From Naegleria gruberi (lineage: Eukaryota), in NCBI GenBank assembly GCA_000004985.1, contig GG738858.1: a stretch of DNA of 64,000 nt; one strand, 5' to 3'. The notes under the pieces are model-generated. The model was given only the letters and a program-made list of their open reading frames with translations. It was not told where the DNA came from and did no database searches. How positions within the stretch are numbered: position 1 is the stretch's first letter; each line of letters starts with the position of its first letter. The translations under genes and the position numbers were made by a program. Positions 1-10,200 of this stretch are shown one piece after another.

Positions 1-405
1 ATTGCCAATTGGGTTATTGGTGTTATTGTTGCTGGTAAGTTGTTATCTTTACATTGATCTAATATCATACTCCTTTTTCATCTTTTCATACTAATCATCA
101 TCATCTATTTAGCTGTTATTATCACCATTTTGTGTGCTGTTGCTGCTGTATTAATTCCAATCTTGATTTGTTGTGGTGTTCTCAGTTGCACAGTTTGTTG
201 TGGAGCCGCAGCAGGTGCAGCAGCTGGATCAGCTGGATCATCAGGAACCTATCAACAAATTCATCACAATCATACCAATCATGTTCATCATTCTATTTCT
301 CAACCAATTGCTCAACAACCAACTACTTATTATTCTGGTCAACAACCACCACAACAACAACAATACTATCCACAACCAACTTCTGCTAATTATCAAAAGG
401 TTTAA
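1..405 (+). CDS. Small single-pass membrane protein, 5' partial. Exons 1..34 and 113..405; intron 35..112 (gtaagt..tttag, phase 1). Hydrophobic TM segment, Cys-rich juxtamembrane (CCGVLSCTVCCG), His- and Gln/Pro/Tyr-rich tail.
   Basis: Frame 1 of the window start is open into a GTAAGT donor at position 35. An acceptor AG at 111-112 restores the frame of the 130..405 ORF (IANWVIGVIVA|AVIITILCAVAAVLIPILICCGV...). The stop is TAA at 403-405. No homolog recognised. Confidence 0.45.
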
Positions 406-574
406 ATTATTAATTTATTAAAATTGATTATAAATCTAGATTTGTTATTTTCATCTTCTATTATTGTTAACCCTAATTTTCGATTATTTTCTATTGAAAA
501 AGGCTTTTCATATCATTGCCAAATAATTCCATTAATTTATCACTCTTTTCACTTTGTGTGAGTTGAGAAAGAAT

Positions 575-931
575 TTATTCTTCTCCATCATCATCATCCT
601 CATCATCTTCATCTTGTTGACTATTCTTAATGTAGGTATTGAATTTAGGAATGGCAATAAAATAGGCTGAAGAAATAAACAAGGCAGTGAATGCTATCAC
701 TCTCCTTCCGAATGAATCATTCCACATCTTTCCAATATTCAATGCTAATTTCTGGAGACGAGTGAGTGGAACTTCATTAGGCTTTGAAGATGTTGGTTTG
801 ATAGGATTGAAATTATTCTTCCTTCCTAGAAAAGATACAATCTTATTAGTGGTTGGTGTTGATGAATTAATTGGTTCACTGTTTCCGAGGAGTGTATTAT
901 TATTACTAGGTTTCTTTTCCGTCGTCGACAT
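575..931 (-). CDS. Hypothetical 118-aa protein with a C-terminal hydrophobic segment and an acidic DEDDEDDDDGEE tail (tail-anchored-like).
   Basis: ATG-initiated ORF with aaATG context. Hydrophobic stretch RVIAFTALFISSAYFIAIP near the C-terminus. No family recognised. Confidence 0.4.
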   Translation of the reverse strand: MSTTEKKPSNNNTLLGNSEPINSSTPTTNKIVSFLGRKNNFNPIKPTSSKPNEVPLTRLQKLALNIGKMWNDSFGRRVIAFTALFISSAYFIAIPKFNTYIKNSQQDEDDEDDDDGEE

Positions 932-1133
932 TGATTATGAAGTAGAAAGAAAATTTAAATAATTTAAAGTAATTTGATGATTTTTTAATAAATGAATTGA
1001 AATAATATTTGTTGAAGGCTTTTTTAAAAAATTTTGAATATTTAAAAAAATAGCCTTTAAACTTGTGCAAGGAGCCTTTTTGTATTTTATCTCAAAACTT
1101 TGATTAAAAGTCTATTTCGGAATTGCATTAAAA

Positions 1134-3410
1134 ATGAAAAGAACATTAGAAGAAGGTTCAGAAGAACAATCTAAAAAACTCAAGATTGCCCAAGATAAGA
1201 ATCCACTCTCACCATATTGTGATGAAGAAAGTTCTGTTGGTATTAGTAAATATGTTGATGTAATTTTAAACGGAGATTCATTGGATATTTCTTTACCTCC
1301 ATTCACTGGTATTATGAAACAAAGATTTAGTGATTTTATTGTTCATGAAATTGATAGAAATGGAAAGGTTATTTATTTGACAAGTACAGAAATTCCTGAG
1401 AGTATCAAGGATAAAAGATCAAAGGATATTGATTTGGATCCAGAAGCTAAAAAGGAAAATGAAAGAAAAGGAATTGAAGAATTTAAATCAATTATTTCTG
1501 ATCAAACAATTGTTGCTGGTATTGAAGATTTCTTACAAAAGCATCAAGAAACTGAAGATTCACTTGTTGAAATTGTTAAACAAAGAAAAAAGATTGAAGA
1601 AGCTGATGTTCCAACACATTTAATTAAAGAAAATGATAAGAATAATAGATCAAAGATTCACAACATTATCAAGGAACATTTCAGTCATGTTATGGTTTCA
1701 GATACTTTAAATAAGGATAATGATCAATATGTTAGATTGAGATATCAATTCCAAAGTTTCACTCTTCAAACTTTATTCTTGAATAATCAAAATAATAGTA
1801 AAGCCAAGAAGAGAGAAAAGAGAGATAACAAAAAGAAGGGAGGAAGAAGAGAACAAAATAATCCAGCAACTCAATCATATTTCGATCCAAGACAATTTGC
1901 TTGGCCAAAAGAAAGACCAAATTATATTCAATTTGTTTTATATAAGGAAAATAGTGAAACCACTGAAATTATTGGTGAAATGTGTAGAATTTTGAAATTG
2001 AAACAAAAGAATTTCCAAATTGCAGGTACAAAAGATAAGAGAGGCATCACAACTCAAAGAGTTACTGGTTATCAAATTAGTGCTGAAAAATTAATGCAAG
2101 TTAATCAAAAATGTCACAAAATGGTTAAAGTTGGTAATTTTGAATATGTTGACAGACCATTGAAACTTGGTGATTTGAGTGGTAACAGATTTACACTTGT
2201 TTTAAGAGATTTAAAAATTCCAGAAGGAAGTCCATTTTCAAATAGAAATGTTGAAGATATTTTCAGAGAAAGAATTGAACAACTTAACAAGTATGGTTAT
2301 ATCAATTATTTTGGTATGCAAAGATTTGGTATTACTTACAATAGTGTTAAGAGAGAATATCATAGTGATTATCCAACTCATTTATTGGGTCAACATCTTT
2401 TGAAATCCAATTGGAAAACTTTAGCTAAAATTATTTTAATTGCTGGTATTCAAAATGTCAGAGATCAACGTGCTAAACAAACAATTATTGATTTTACAGA
2501 AGGAAAGATTTCAGCTGAACAATGTTATAATTCACTTCCAAAATTCAAATTTAATACTGAAAAGATCATGTTGAATTCCTATGTGAAAACATCTGAAAAT
2601 GATCATTTGGCAGCAATTCAAGCATTACCAATGAATTTATTATCCATGTATATTCATGCCTATCAATCACTTGTATATAATCATATGGTTTCATTGAGAA
2701 TTGAAAAATATGGATTGAAAGTTGTTGTTGGAGATATTGTTGTTTCTAGAAGTGAATTAAAGAGTTGTGAAGATCCAAAATTAACATTTGAAAGTCCAAT
2801 TACTAGAATTGAAACTGAAGAACAAGCTCAAAAATACAATATTGAAGATGTTGTAATGAGTATTCCAGGTTATGATATTCAATTCCCATCCACTGAATTT
2901 GTTAATAAGGAAACTTATTATAAATTCATGTTAGAAAATGGTGGAATTACTGAAGAAGATTATAAGAAACATCTTTCACAATATAGAACATTTGGTGCCT
3001 ATCGTTTCATGATTGAAAAAGCAAAAGATATTGAATTTGAATTTAAAGATTACAATCCAGAAACAAACAAATTAGTTGAAACTGATTATGATAATAACAT
3101 TACAAAGAAACCTTTGGAACAAATTCCATGTGAAAATACCAAAAAGGCAGCTATTATTTCCTTCTCTCTCAACTCTTCCAATTATGCAACCATGTTCGTT
3201 CGTGAACTAATTCGTCTTCCATCTGTTATTGATTGGAAATGGATTGAAAGTAATGGAAATCCACAACAACAAGAAGAACAACAAGAACAAGAACAAACAA
3301 ATGAAGATGATGAAGTTAATGATGAAGAACAATCACTTGCTACTGAACAAGATCATGATGAAACCAATCCACAAGAAGATGTTATTGCTGATGCTAATAT
3401 GTGTGAATAA
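1134..3410 (+). CDS. PUS7: Multisubstrate tRNA/snRNA pseudouridine synthase, TruD/Pus7 family (758 aa, single exon).
   Basis: N-terminal TruD motif FTGIMKQRFSDFIVHEI. Catalytic-Asp motif AGTKDKRGITTQRVT. Conserved NYFGMQRFG motif. Acidic C-terminal tail. Start context aaaaATG. Confidence 0.85.
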   Translation: MKRTLEEGSEEQSKKLKIAQDKNPLSPYCDEESSVGISKYVDVILNGDSLDISLPPFTGIMKQRFSDFIVHEIDRNGKVIYLTSTEIPESIKDKRSKDIDLDPEAKKENERKGIEEFKSIISDQTIVAGIEDFLQKHQETEDSLVEIVKQRKKIEEADVPTHLIKENDKNNRSKIHNIIKEHFSHVMVSDTLNKDNDQYVRLRYQFQSFTLQTLFLNNQNNSKAKKREKRDNKKKGGRREQNNPATQSYFDPRQFAWPKERPNYIQFVLYKENSETTEIIGEMCRILKLKQKNFQIAGTKDKRGITTQRVTGYQISAEKLMQVNQKCHKMVKVGNFEYVDRPLKLGDLSGNRFTLVLRDLKIPEGSPFSNRNVEDIFRERIEQLNKYGYINYFGMQRFGITYNSVKREYHSDYPTHLLGQHLLKSNWKTLAKIILIAGIQNVRDQRAKQTIIDFTEGKISAEQCYNSLPKFKFNTEKIMLNSYVKTSENDHLAAIQALPMNLLSMYIHAYQSLVYNHMVSLRIEKYGLKVVVGDIVVSRSELKSCEDPKLTFESPITRIETEEQAQKYNIEDVVMSIPGYDIQFPSTEFVNKETYYKFMLENGGITEEDYKKHLSQYRTFGAYRFMIEKAKDIEFEFKDYNPETNKLVETDYDNNITKKPLEQIPCENTKKAAIISFSLNSSNYATMFVRELIRLPSVIDWKWIESNGNPQQQEEQQEQEQTNEDDEVNDEEQSLATEQDHDETNPQEDVIADANMCE

Positions 3411-3700
3411 ATTGGTGGTCCACAATAAACCCTTACTTTATTCGATACAGACAAGTGATTCGAATGACGTTAGAAAAAAAAATATCAAACATTAAAACAT
3501 TTGTTAGAAGAAACAAGTAGAAGAAACAATAAAAAAACCAGAATCCTGAATCCATAATAGCATTTATTAATGGGGAATATTCTATCATCACTAACATTAT
3601 CATCATATCATCATCAACATGTTGATTCATCACTATCATCAATAACTACAACAACTACAACAACTATCAATACAAATATCATACATCATCACTATCATCA

Positions 3701-4996
3701 ATGGTTGAATTATCGGAGAAGGATGTAATTGCAATTGCAGTTTCATCAAGTGTTGGTGGAGTTTGTTTATTTTCCCTTCTACTCTCTGTCACTGTCTATT
3801 CTATTTATTTATATAGGAGAAGAAGGACAAGTCAACAACAACAACAACAACAACAATCTATACCATCAATGACAACACCTCTATTACAAAATAATAGTAA
3901 TAATTTAAATAATAATAATTCAAATAATTTAAATAATTTAAATAATTCAAATAATTCGAATAATTTAAAAAAACAAGTAAATTTACAAATAATTAAAGAA
4001 GGTATTATAAAATCATGTATTCAAGATAAAGAAGGAATACTTGTTAAAAGTTCTATTGCTAAAGATTTACCAAGATTAGTAAAAAAGACAATTTTATATT
4101 TTAATGGAAATGAAACATTTTCAAATATGGAACCAACAGTTAAATCATCACCAAGTAAAGGAGCAGAAGGTGATATTAATTTTGTTTGTTGTAAATTCCT
4201 TGCAGAGTTATCAAAATGTGTTAATGGTTCACAAAATGGAGTTATGGAGCTATCACAACAAGATGATCAACATTCCTCTTATGGAAGTAATACAAGTAGT
4301 TCATCACATTATAGTTTATTAGCAGTTAAAGGAGATTTAGATATTATTGATACGAGTATGAATGATCCAATGATTGATTTTAAAAGAAGATCAACAAGAA
4401 TGTTAATGAATACTTTGAATAACATTTCGAATAGAACAAATAGTCCAGATTCTTCCTCAATGATTAATGTTCAAAATTTTGAAACATTTTCAATCTTTTT
4501 AAAAGAAGTTTTTGGAGAACAATCACCAGTTGTTAACATTCTCAAATTGTGTAGTCAAACTGCTCTATTCGAAGGTTTAAATCAATTGAGACCTGCACTA
4601 ATGGATGTTGGAATAATGTTTAAGGATTTTAGAGGTAAAAATTGGACAGTTAAGATTTATACAAATAATCATGAACATTATCTTCAACAACAACAAATGA
4701 TACTTCCAATAGTTGAAGAGTCAAATTCTCCTTCTATAAATGGAGAATTGGAAGATAATTTTGAATTGCCAACTATAATTCATGAAAGAATTGAACAAGT
4801 AATTAACATGCAATTACAAAATTTATTTACATTTACTTATCAATTACAAATTGTAATGGATGAACATTTTCAATCAGTTCATCGAGTTCAATACAAGTTA
4901 TTGTCAATTGATTTTTCCAAATCAAATTTCCAATCAAGCGAAAAAGAAGAATATGAAGAAAAAATCAAATCTGTTTTTCAAAATGTGAAATTTTAA
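3701..4996 (+). CDS. Hypothetical type-I/II membrane protein (431 aa) with an N-terminal TM segment followed by RRRR, a polyGln run and an Asn-rich NNLNN repeat.
   Basis: Long ATG ORF. The main frame opens just after TGA at 3623-3625 and 3701 is its first ATG. No recognisable catalytic domain. Confidence 0.5.
   Translation: MVELSEKDVIAIAVSSSVGGVCLFSLLLSVTVYSIYLYRRRRTSQQQQQQQQSIPSMTTPLLQNNSNNLNNNNSNNLNNLNNSNNSNNLKKQVNLQIIKEGIIKSCIQDKEGILVKSSIAKDLPRLVKKTILYFNGNETFSNMEPTVKSSPSKGAEGDINFVCCKFLAELSKCVNGSQNGVMELSQQDDQHSSYGSNTSSSSHYSLLAVKGDLDIIDTSMNDPMIDFKRRSTRMLMNTLNNISNRTNSPDSSSMINVQNFETFSIFLKEVFGEQSPVVNILKLCSQTALFEGLNQLRPALMDVGIMFKDFRGKNWTVKIYTNNHEHYLQQQQMILPIVEESNSPSINGELEDNFELPTIIHERIEQVINMQLQNLFTFTYQLQIVMDEHFQSVHRVQYKLLSIDFSKSNFQSSEKEEYEEKIKSVFQNVKF
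3891..3970 (+). repeat. Coding tandem repeat of about 9 nt (aataatt[ct]a)n, giving an NNLNNSNN low-complexity tract.
   Basis: Direct reading: aataattcaaataatttaaataatttaaataattcaaataattcgaataattta. Confidence 0.6.
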
Positions 4997-5210
4997 GAGA
5001 ATTTTTGTAAACTATCAAATAAACTAAACCTAGGTTTTCTAATACTTATTCTAATTACATTCATTACTTAGTGGAAGCCATGTTTTGACGTTTAATTTGA
5101 TTTGTTGATTGTTGAGAAAAACTGTTGTGCATTCGTGAATACTTAATTTCATTTAAGAAAGTAAGTGCACTAAATTGAGTTTAAAAGATCAGTCATCAAA
5201 TGCTAATTGC

Positions 5211-6845
5211 CTACTGATTATTAAAGCAAATAGTATCCATTCTCAAAATATTGATTACAATCTGGATGGCAGTCTGAATGATATGTTTTCTGTTGTAAAA
5301 AGATTCAAGAGGAATGTAAGTGGTTGATGCGTGTTGGAATAACTCACTTCTCTGTATCAATGAAAGAGGCTTTTCATTTAGCGATTGTATAGAACTTGTC
5401 GATTGAATAAACGTCACATATTCCTCATTATTTTTCTTGACTAGTTCTTCTAGTAGTTGAAAGAAGTATCTTTCGTTGAATTGGGGTAGTGAATTCCTCA
5501 ACAACATTTTTGGAATGGTGAGCAGTGACTTGGAGACGAGGGTCACAATAATCTTAAACAATTCATCCTCTTTGTCTTGGGCAAGTGTTTGTACAATATT
5601 AGATAAATGGCATTCAAATGAACCTCCTCCAATTATTGCTGAAATTTCTCCTCTTCCAATTACATGTTTTACATGTCTAATACAATTAATTATTTGAAAT
5701 TCAACTTGATTCAAGTTTTCTTGATTCAATGATTTCAATTGTAGTGTGGAAAATACATCATCATGCATACTATTAGGAAAGTCAAAAGTTAAATCACATT
5801 GCTGACCATTATTCTTGAAAATAGTTTTCATGTTTGAAAGACCATAATTATAGTCTTTGAGATTTTCAAAGCAAGTTGCTATTCCAGTCATTTTCAAAAT
5901 ATCAACAAGTTTGAATATCAAATCCATACTATTTGATTGATAGAAAAATACTGAAACGCCTCTTTCATTCAAAATTTGAATAAATCTTCTACTCAGTATG
6001 TTAAACTGTTTTCCAACAAGTATAATTACATTACAATCTATTTTCATGGCAATATTTTGATCCAAATCACAACTGAGGATACATATTTTTGATTGATTAA
6101 CCTTTTCCTGTTGCGAAATTCTTATATTCAAATTCTGAAGTGATTGTAATGTCAAAGAATTTTTAAATAATTTACTATCATCTATCTTTCCCAAAGATTT
6201 AGAAATATTTAAATTATATTCAGAAATTAAATGTAAATTCTTAAACCCATTTGATGAATATTCAAACCATTCATAAATTAAATTTTTTAAATGATTACTT
6301 TGAATTTGAATATTAATCATTGATTTGATAAAAATTGATAATTCCTCACTCGTTCCAATCTTAATTTTTAATAATGAATTATCTGAATTGTTATTAAACA
6401 TTCTTTCCATAATTTGATGTAAATAATTACAAATGGTATTAATATTTTCATACTTGTTTCCAAATTCTGAACAAATTAAATCCAACAACTCATAACTCAA
6501 CACTAAACATGAAATTGTTCCATCACAAAATTCACTCGCAACACCACTAAACAATGATATCAAATATTGTACTATTGGATTATTAGTTTTAATAAATTCT
6601 AAAATCTGACTTCCACTCCTCGTAATAATTTGACTCTGATGAACATCAGTAATTAATTTAAATTTACCATTCGGACCAAATGATGAGGAAACCTGATTTA
6701 CCAACTTGAACAATTCATTTCTAATTTGAATGGTGGTATTATTATTTAATGTTTTCTGATGACTCACTGATAGAACCATCACTGAATTCGGAGAAAGAAA
6801 TCTCAAGCCTTGATTTTGTTGCATTTTTTCCCGCCCAAATTCCAA
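5211..6845 (-). CDS. Highly divergent group-II chaperonin (TCP-1/CCT)-like protein (544 aa), possibly of the BBS/MKKS-like chaperonin-like type.
   Basis: Keeps the CCT signature spacing: FGPNGKFKLITDVHQSQIITRSGSQIL (cf. LGPKGMDKM...ITNDGATIL). The ATP-binding GDGTT motif is present only as CDGTIS. C-terminal IGGGSFE (cf. VPGGGAxE). Size is the same as CCT subunits. Confidence 0.55.
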   Translation of the reverse strand: MEFGREKMQQNQGLRFLSPNSVMVLSVSHQKTLNNNTTIQIRNELFKLVNQVSSSFGPNGKFKLITDVHQSQIITRSGSQILEFIKTNNPIVQYLISLFSGVASEFCDGTISCLVLSYELLDLICSEFGNKYENINTICNYLHQIMERMFNNNSDNSLLKIKIGTSEELSIFIKSMINIQIQSNHLKNLIYEWFEYSSNGFKNLHLISEYNLNISKSLGKIDDSKLFKNSLTLQSLQNLNIRISQQEKVNQSKICILSCDLDQNIAMKIDCNVIILVGKQFNILSRRFIQILNERGVSVFFYQSNSMDLIFKLVDILKMTGIATCFENLKDYNYGLSNMKTIFKNNGQQCDLTFDFPNSMHDDVFSTLQLKSLNQENLNQVEFQIINCIRHVKHVIGRGEISAIIGGGSFECHLSNIVQTLAQDKEDELFKIIVTLVSKSLLTIPKMLLRNSLPQFNERYFFQLLEELVKKNNEEYVTFIQSTSSIQSLNEKPLSLIQRSELFQHASTTYIPLESFYNRKHIIQTAIQIVINILRMDTICFNNQ

Positions 6846-7203
6846 AGGCTATTATCCAATCCTAACTTTTCCAACAACATTGTTAACAACCATTATTGAA
6901 AATCAATCTTTTAAGAGTATGCAATAACTTTGAATTTCAAACCTCAAGTCATTCATTAAATTACCTTCCAAATAAGTTAGTCAATCGACATCTACCTGAT
7001 GATTTTGACACAATTCACTGAATCATTCACTTGCAACGCCCACAATATCCAACAGCAAGTCGCATAGTTCACGTCCCAGTATCAAAATCCACAAGCGAAG
7101 AGTTTGAACAACCAGCAAAAAAATAACGATAAACGCAAAAGGCTTTTTTCATCATTCTTCTATATTGGCCAATAATTCAATTTACGCGTAGTGTTTAGAA
7201 TAG

Positions 7204-10200
7204 ATGATGTCGGTTCAATCGATAGTGGGAGGAGAAGGTTCTTCTAGAAGGACCAGAGGATCAATTTATTCTTCAATGATTCTGATCATGTCAATTGTGA
7301 TGATGATGATGGTCATTTTGATGGGTCAACAGGAATATCATTCTTGTAGTGCTGTTGTGAATCCAACATGTTTTGGTTTTACCAATAGTTCAGGTTTTGA
7401 ATGTGTTCATCAATTGGGATCATGTATTAGTGATAATACTTGTTTCTTTTCTCCAACAACTTCAATCATTGGAATGGGTAGTAATACCTATTCACAACTT
7501 GGTATTACTGCTTCAAATTTTACTGATTATCCAATTAGAGTCAACTCTACGTACAATAGAATTTTCTATATCAGTAAAATGACAATGACTAATAGTTTAG
7601 TAACAGACTACAATGGAGATGTGTTAATGTCTTCAACTCAAGATCAAAAATTCATTCAAGCCTCCACTGCACTTCCTGCTTTGACAACTATGAATATTGG
7701 TGGTGATTTTCCAATTGCAATTTTAGGAGATGATACCACTACTGCTTTAATCACAACCACTAACAAGATTTATGTTTATGGCGATCAGACAAATAATAAT
7801 TTGGGTAGAGAAACTCTTGCTGATGAGGTTGTTTCCTCTCCTACTGCTTTGGGTTATCAGAATGTTGTTGATGCTTCTATTTCAAAATTGGGTGGATGTG
7901 CAATTCATAGCAATAATGGTGTTGACTTTAATATTACTATTTGGGGACCAGCTGCTAAAACCATGTCCAATGGAGTTGGTTATTTAGCATTGACTAATCA
8001 AGCCATTAATAATGATAATTCTCGACCATTTGTAAAATGTGAAATTATTTCTGCTAAGAATTCAAGTGGTTATGATGTTCCAGCAGTTTTTGTTATGGAT
8101 GATTTGGGTAATTTGTACTCTGGTGGAGCCAGAAGTAATTTGGAAGGTTGTAATCCAACCATCAAAAATGCATGTGACTTTGGTGAATGTTTTGCTGCTC
8201 AAAAGATTTTATCAAGTGTAGATTCATTCAAGTGTTCAGCCACTCATTGTGTTGCTGCAATTAATGGTACAGATATTTATGTTTGGGGAAATAACACAAA
8301 TGGTCAACTCGGTAATTCTGCCTATCTCCAAACACCAACAAGGATTCAAGTGTTTACTCCAGAAACTATAATTCAAGTAACTGCTACTAAGAAAAATATT
8401 TATGCATTAACTGAATCTGGTTTTATTTATGGTATTGGTAGTAATGAAAAAGGTCAATTGGGTCGTTCTCCATCTACTTTCCTCTCTAGAACCTATTTCA
8501 CTAAAATTGTAATTCCAGATCAAAGAAGAAAGATTTGGCATATGGCTGATGGTCCAAACAGTGAACATTTGTTGGCCTTTACTGGCTTCAAATGTGCATC
8601 TCAATACTCAGGTGGTGATTGTTCCACTCCTCTTTTCAACTGTGCAGGTTATGCTCCAAGCGATTCTGCTGTTTGTGGAGGTAATGGTATTTGTGCTGAT
8701 ACTGATTATTGTATCTGTTCTTCTGGATTTATTGGTCAATTCTGTAACACTACAGTTTCATCAGCTTGTTATGGAAAGCCAACAAATTTGGCTTGTAGTA
8801 ACAGAGGTTCTTGTATTGGTGTTGATAATTGTCAGTGTGCCTCACCATTCACTGGCAACCAATGTGAATTGTTCCAAAATGATTTTAATTTTGTTGCAAA
8901 TTTCTCACAATTACCAAACTCAAAGATTTATGATAACTTTAATATTTCTAATCTTGTTATCACCCCTACACTTGGTATTTCCAACCCAGCTTATAATACT
9001 ATTTGGGCCTATACTCAATATACCTCAAAGCTTTATTTGACAGGTCCATCTTCATACAGTTGGCAAGGTAGTCAATTATCATTCGATAAGAATTTTGTTA
9101 CCAATTTGAAACCAGGTTATTATGTTCTCAAATCAGAAAGTATTGCCAATGTTACCAATCAAATAATTGTTGTTAACAATACTTTTACATTTGAAAAGGT
9201 TTCTACATCTTTAACAAATCCACTTACATTAGATCAAACAGGTGTAATCTATGTATCACAGTTTGCATCTGTTGTTGTTTCAGCACTTATTACTGACCCA
9301 ACCTTTGATGCCTCAACATTTGATTATGACTGGCTTTCCAGTAATGATCAAGCTAATTATGTTTCTGTCAAAGCATCCACATCTATTGTCAATAATAATA
9401 AGATTACTTTTACCAATCTTGCATCTCAACTCCTTCCATCAAACTTTGCTGGTACCAATCACACTGTTTTTTTCAAAGTAACATACAATAGATATAGTGG
9501 CGACTCCAATTCATTTAGTGCTTATTTCACAGTTGTCATCAGTACAAAGGCCTATGCCCCAACTATTGCTCTAACTAGATTCCCATTTAGCAGTTATTTG
9601 TCAACAACAAGAGCAACAAGTCTTTCAGCTGTTTTGACCTTCACTGAAACTATTCCTTCAGATTTGGTTATTAGTTACTTGTGGACCTGTGATAAATTTA
9701 CTATTACAGATGCCACACAAGCTGCTTTAATTATCTATCCAGCTCAATTGACCATTGATACTTCATACCAATTCTCCCTGACTGTCACTGTATCATACAA
9801 GGGAGATGTTAACACATATGTTTCTACTTTAAATATCAAAACTCCACCTGCTTTACCAACATATTCTGTTAATACTCAAATACTCAGCATTTCTCCAAGC
9901 GATGGTAGTGGTGTTGCTCTCCTCACCTCTCACAATATCACAGTTGCTCCTCTTCCAGTTTCTGATACTAGAATTCTCAAGTATACTGTCAGATATTCTT
10001 TCAATGCAAGTGATGCTGCATCCTTTAAAGATTTATTATCTCTCAGTTCAACAATTTTGAATGATAGTGCTTATCTTCCATATGGTACTATGACACTTCA
10101 AATCTACATTGAAGACGAATATGGAAACAAATTGACAGCTGGCAACTTGGCTGTTTCAACTCAAAATATTGACTTTAGTTCACTTGCTAATATTATTAAC

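Noticed and set aside
3580-3735. Upstream ORF starting MGNILSSL (myristoylation-like) that overlaps the start of the 3701 gene in another frame.
   Set aside because: The main frame is closed by TGA at 3623 and has no alternative ATG. The uORF is low-complexity (T/H/S runs). It is probably a 5' UTR uORF at best.
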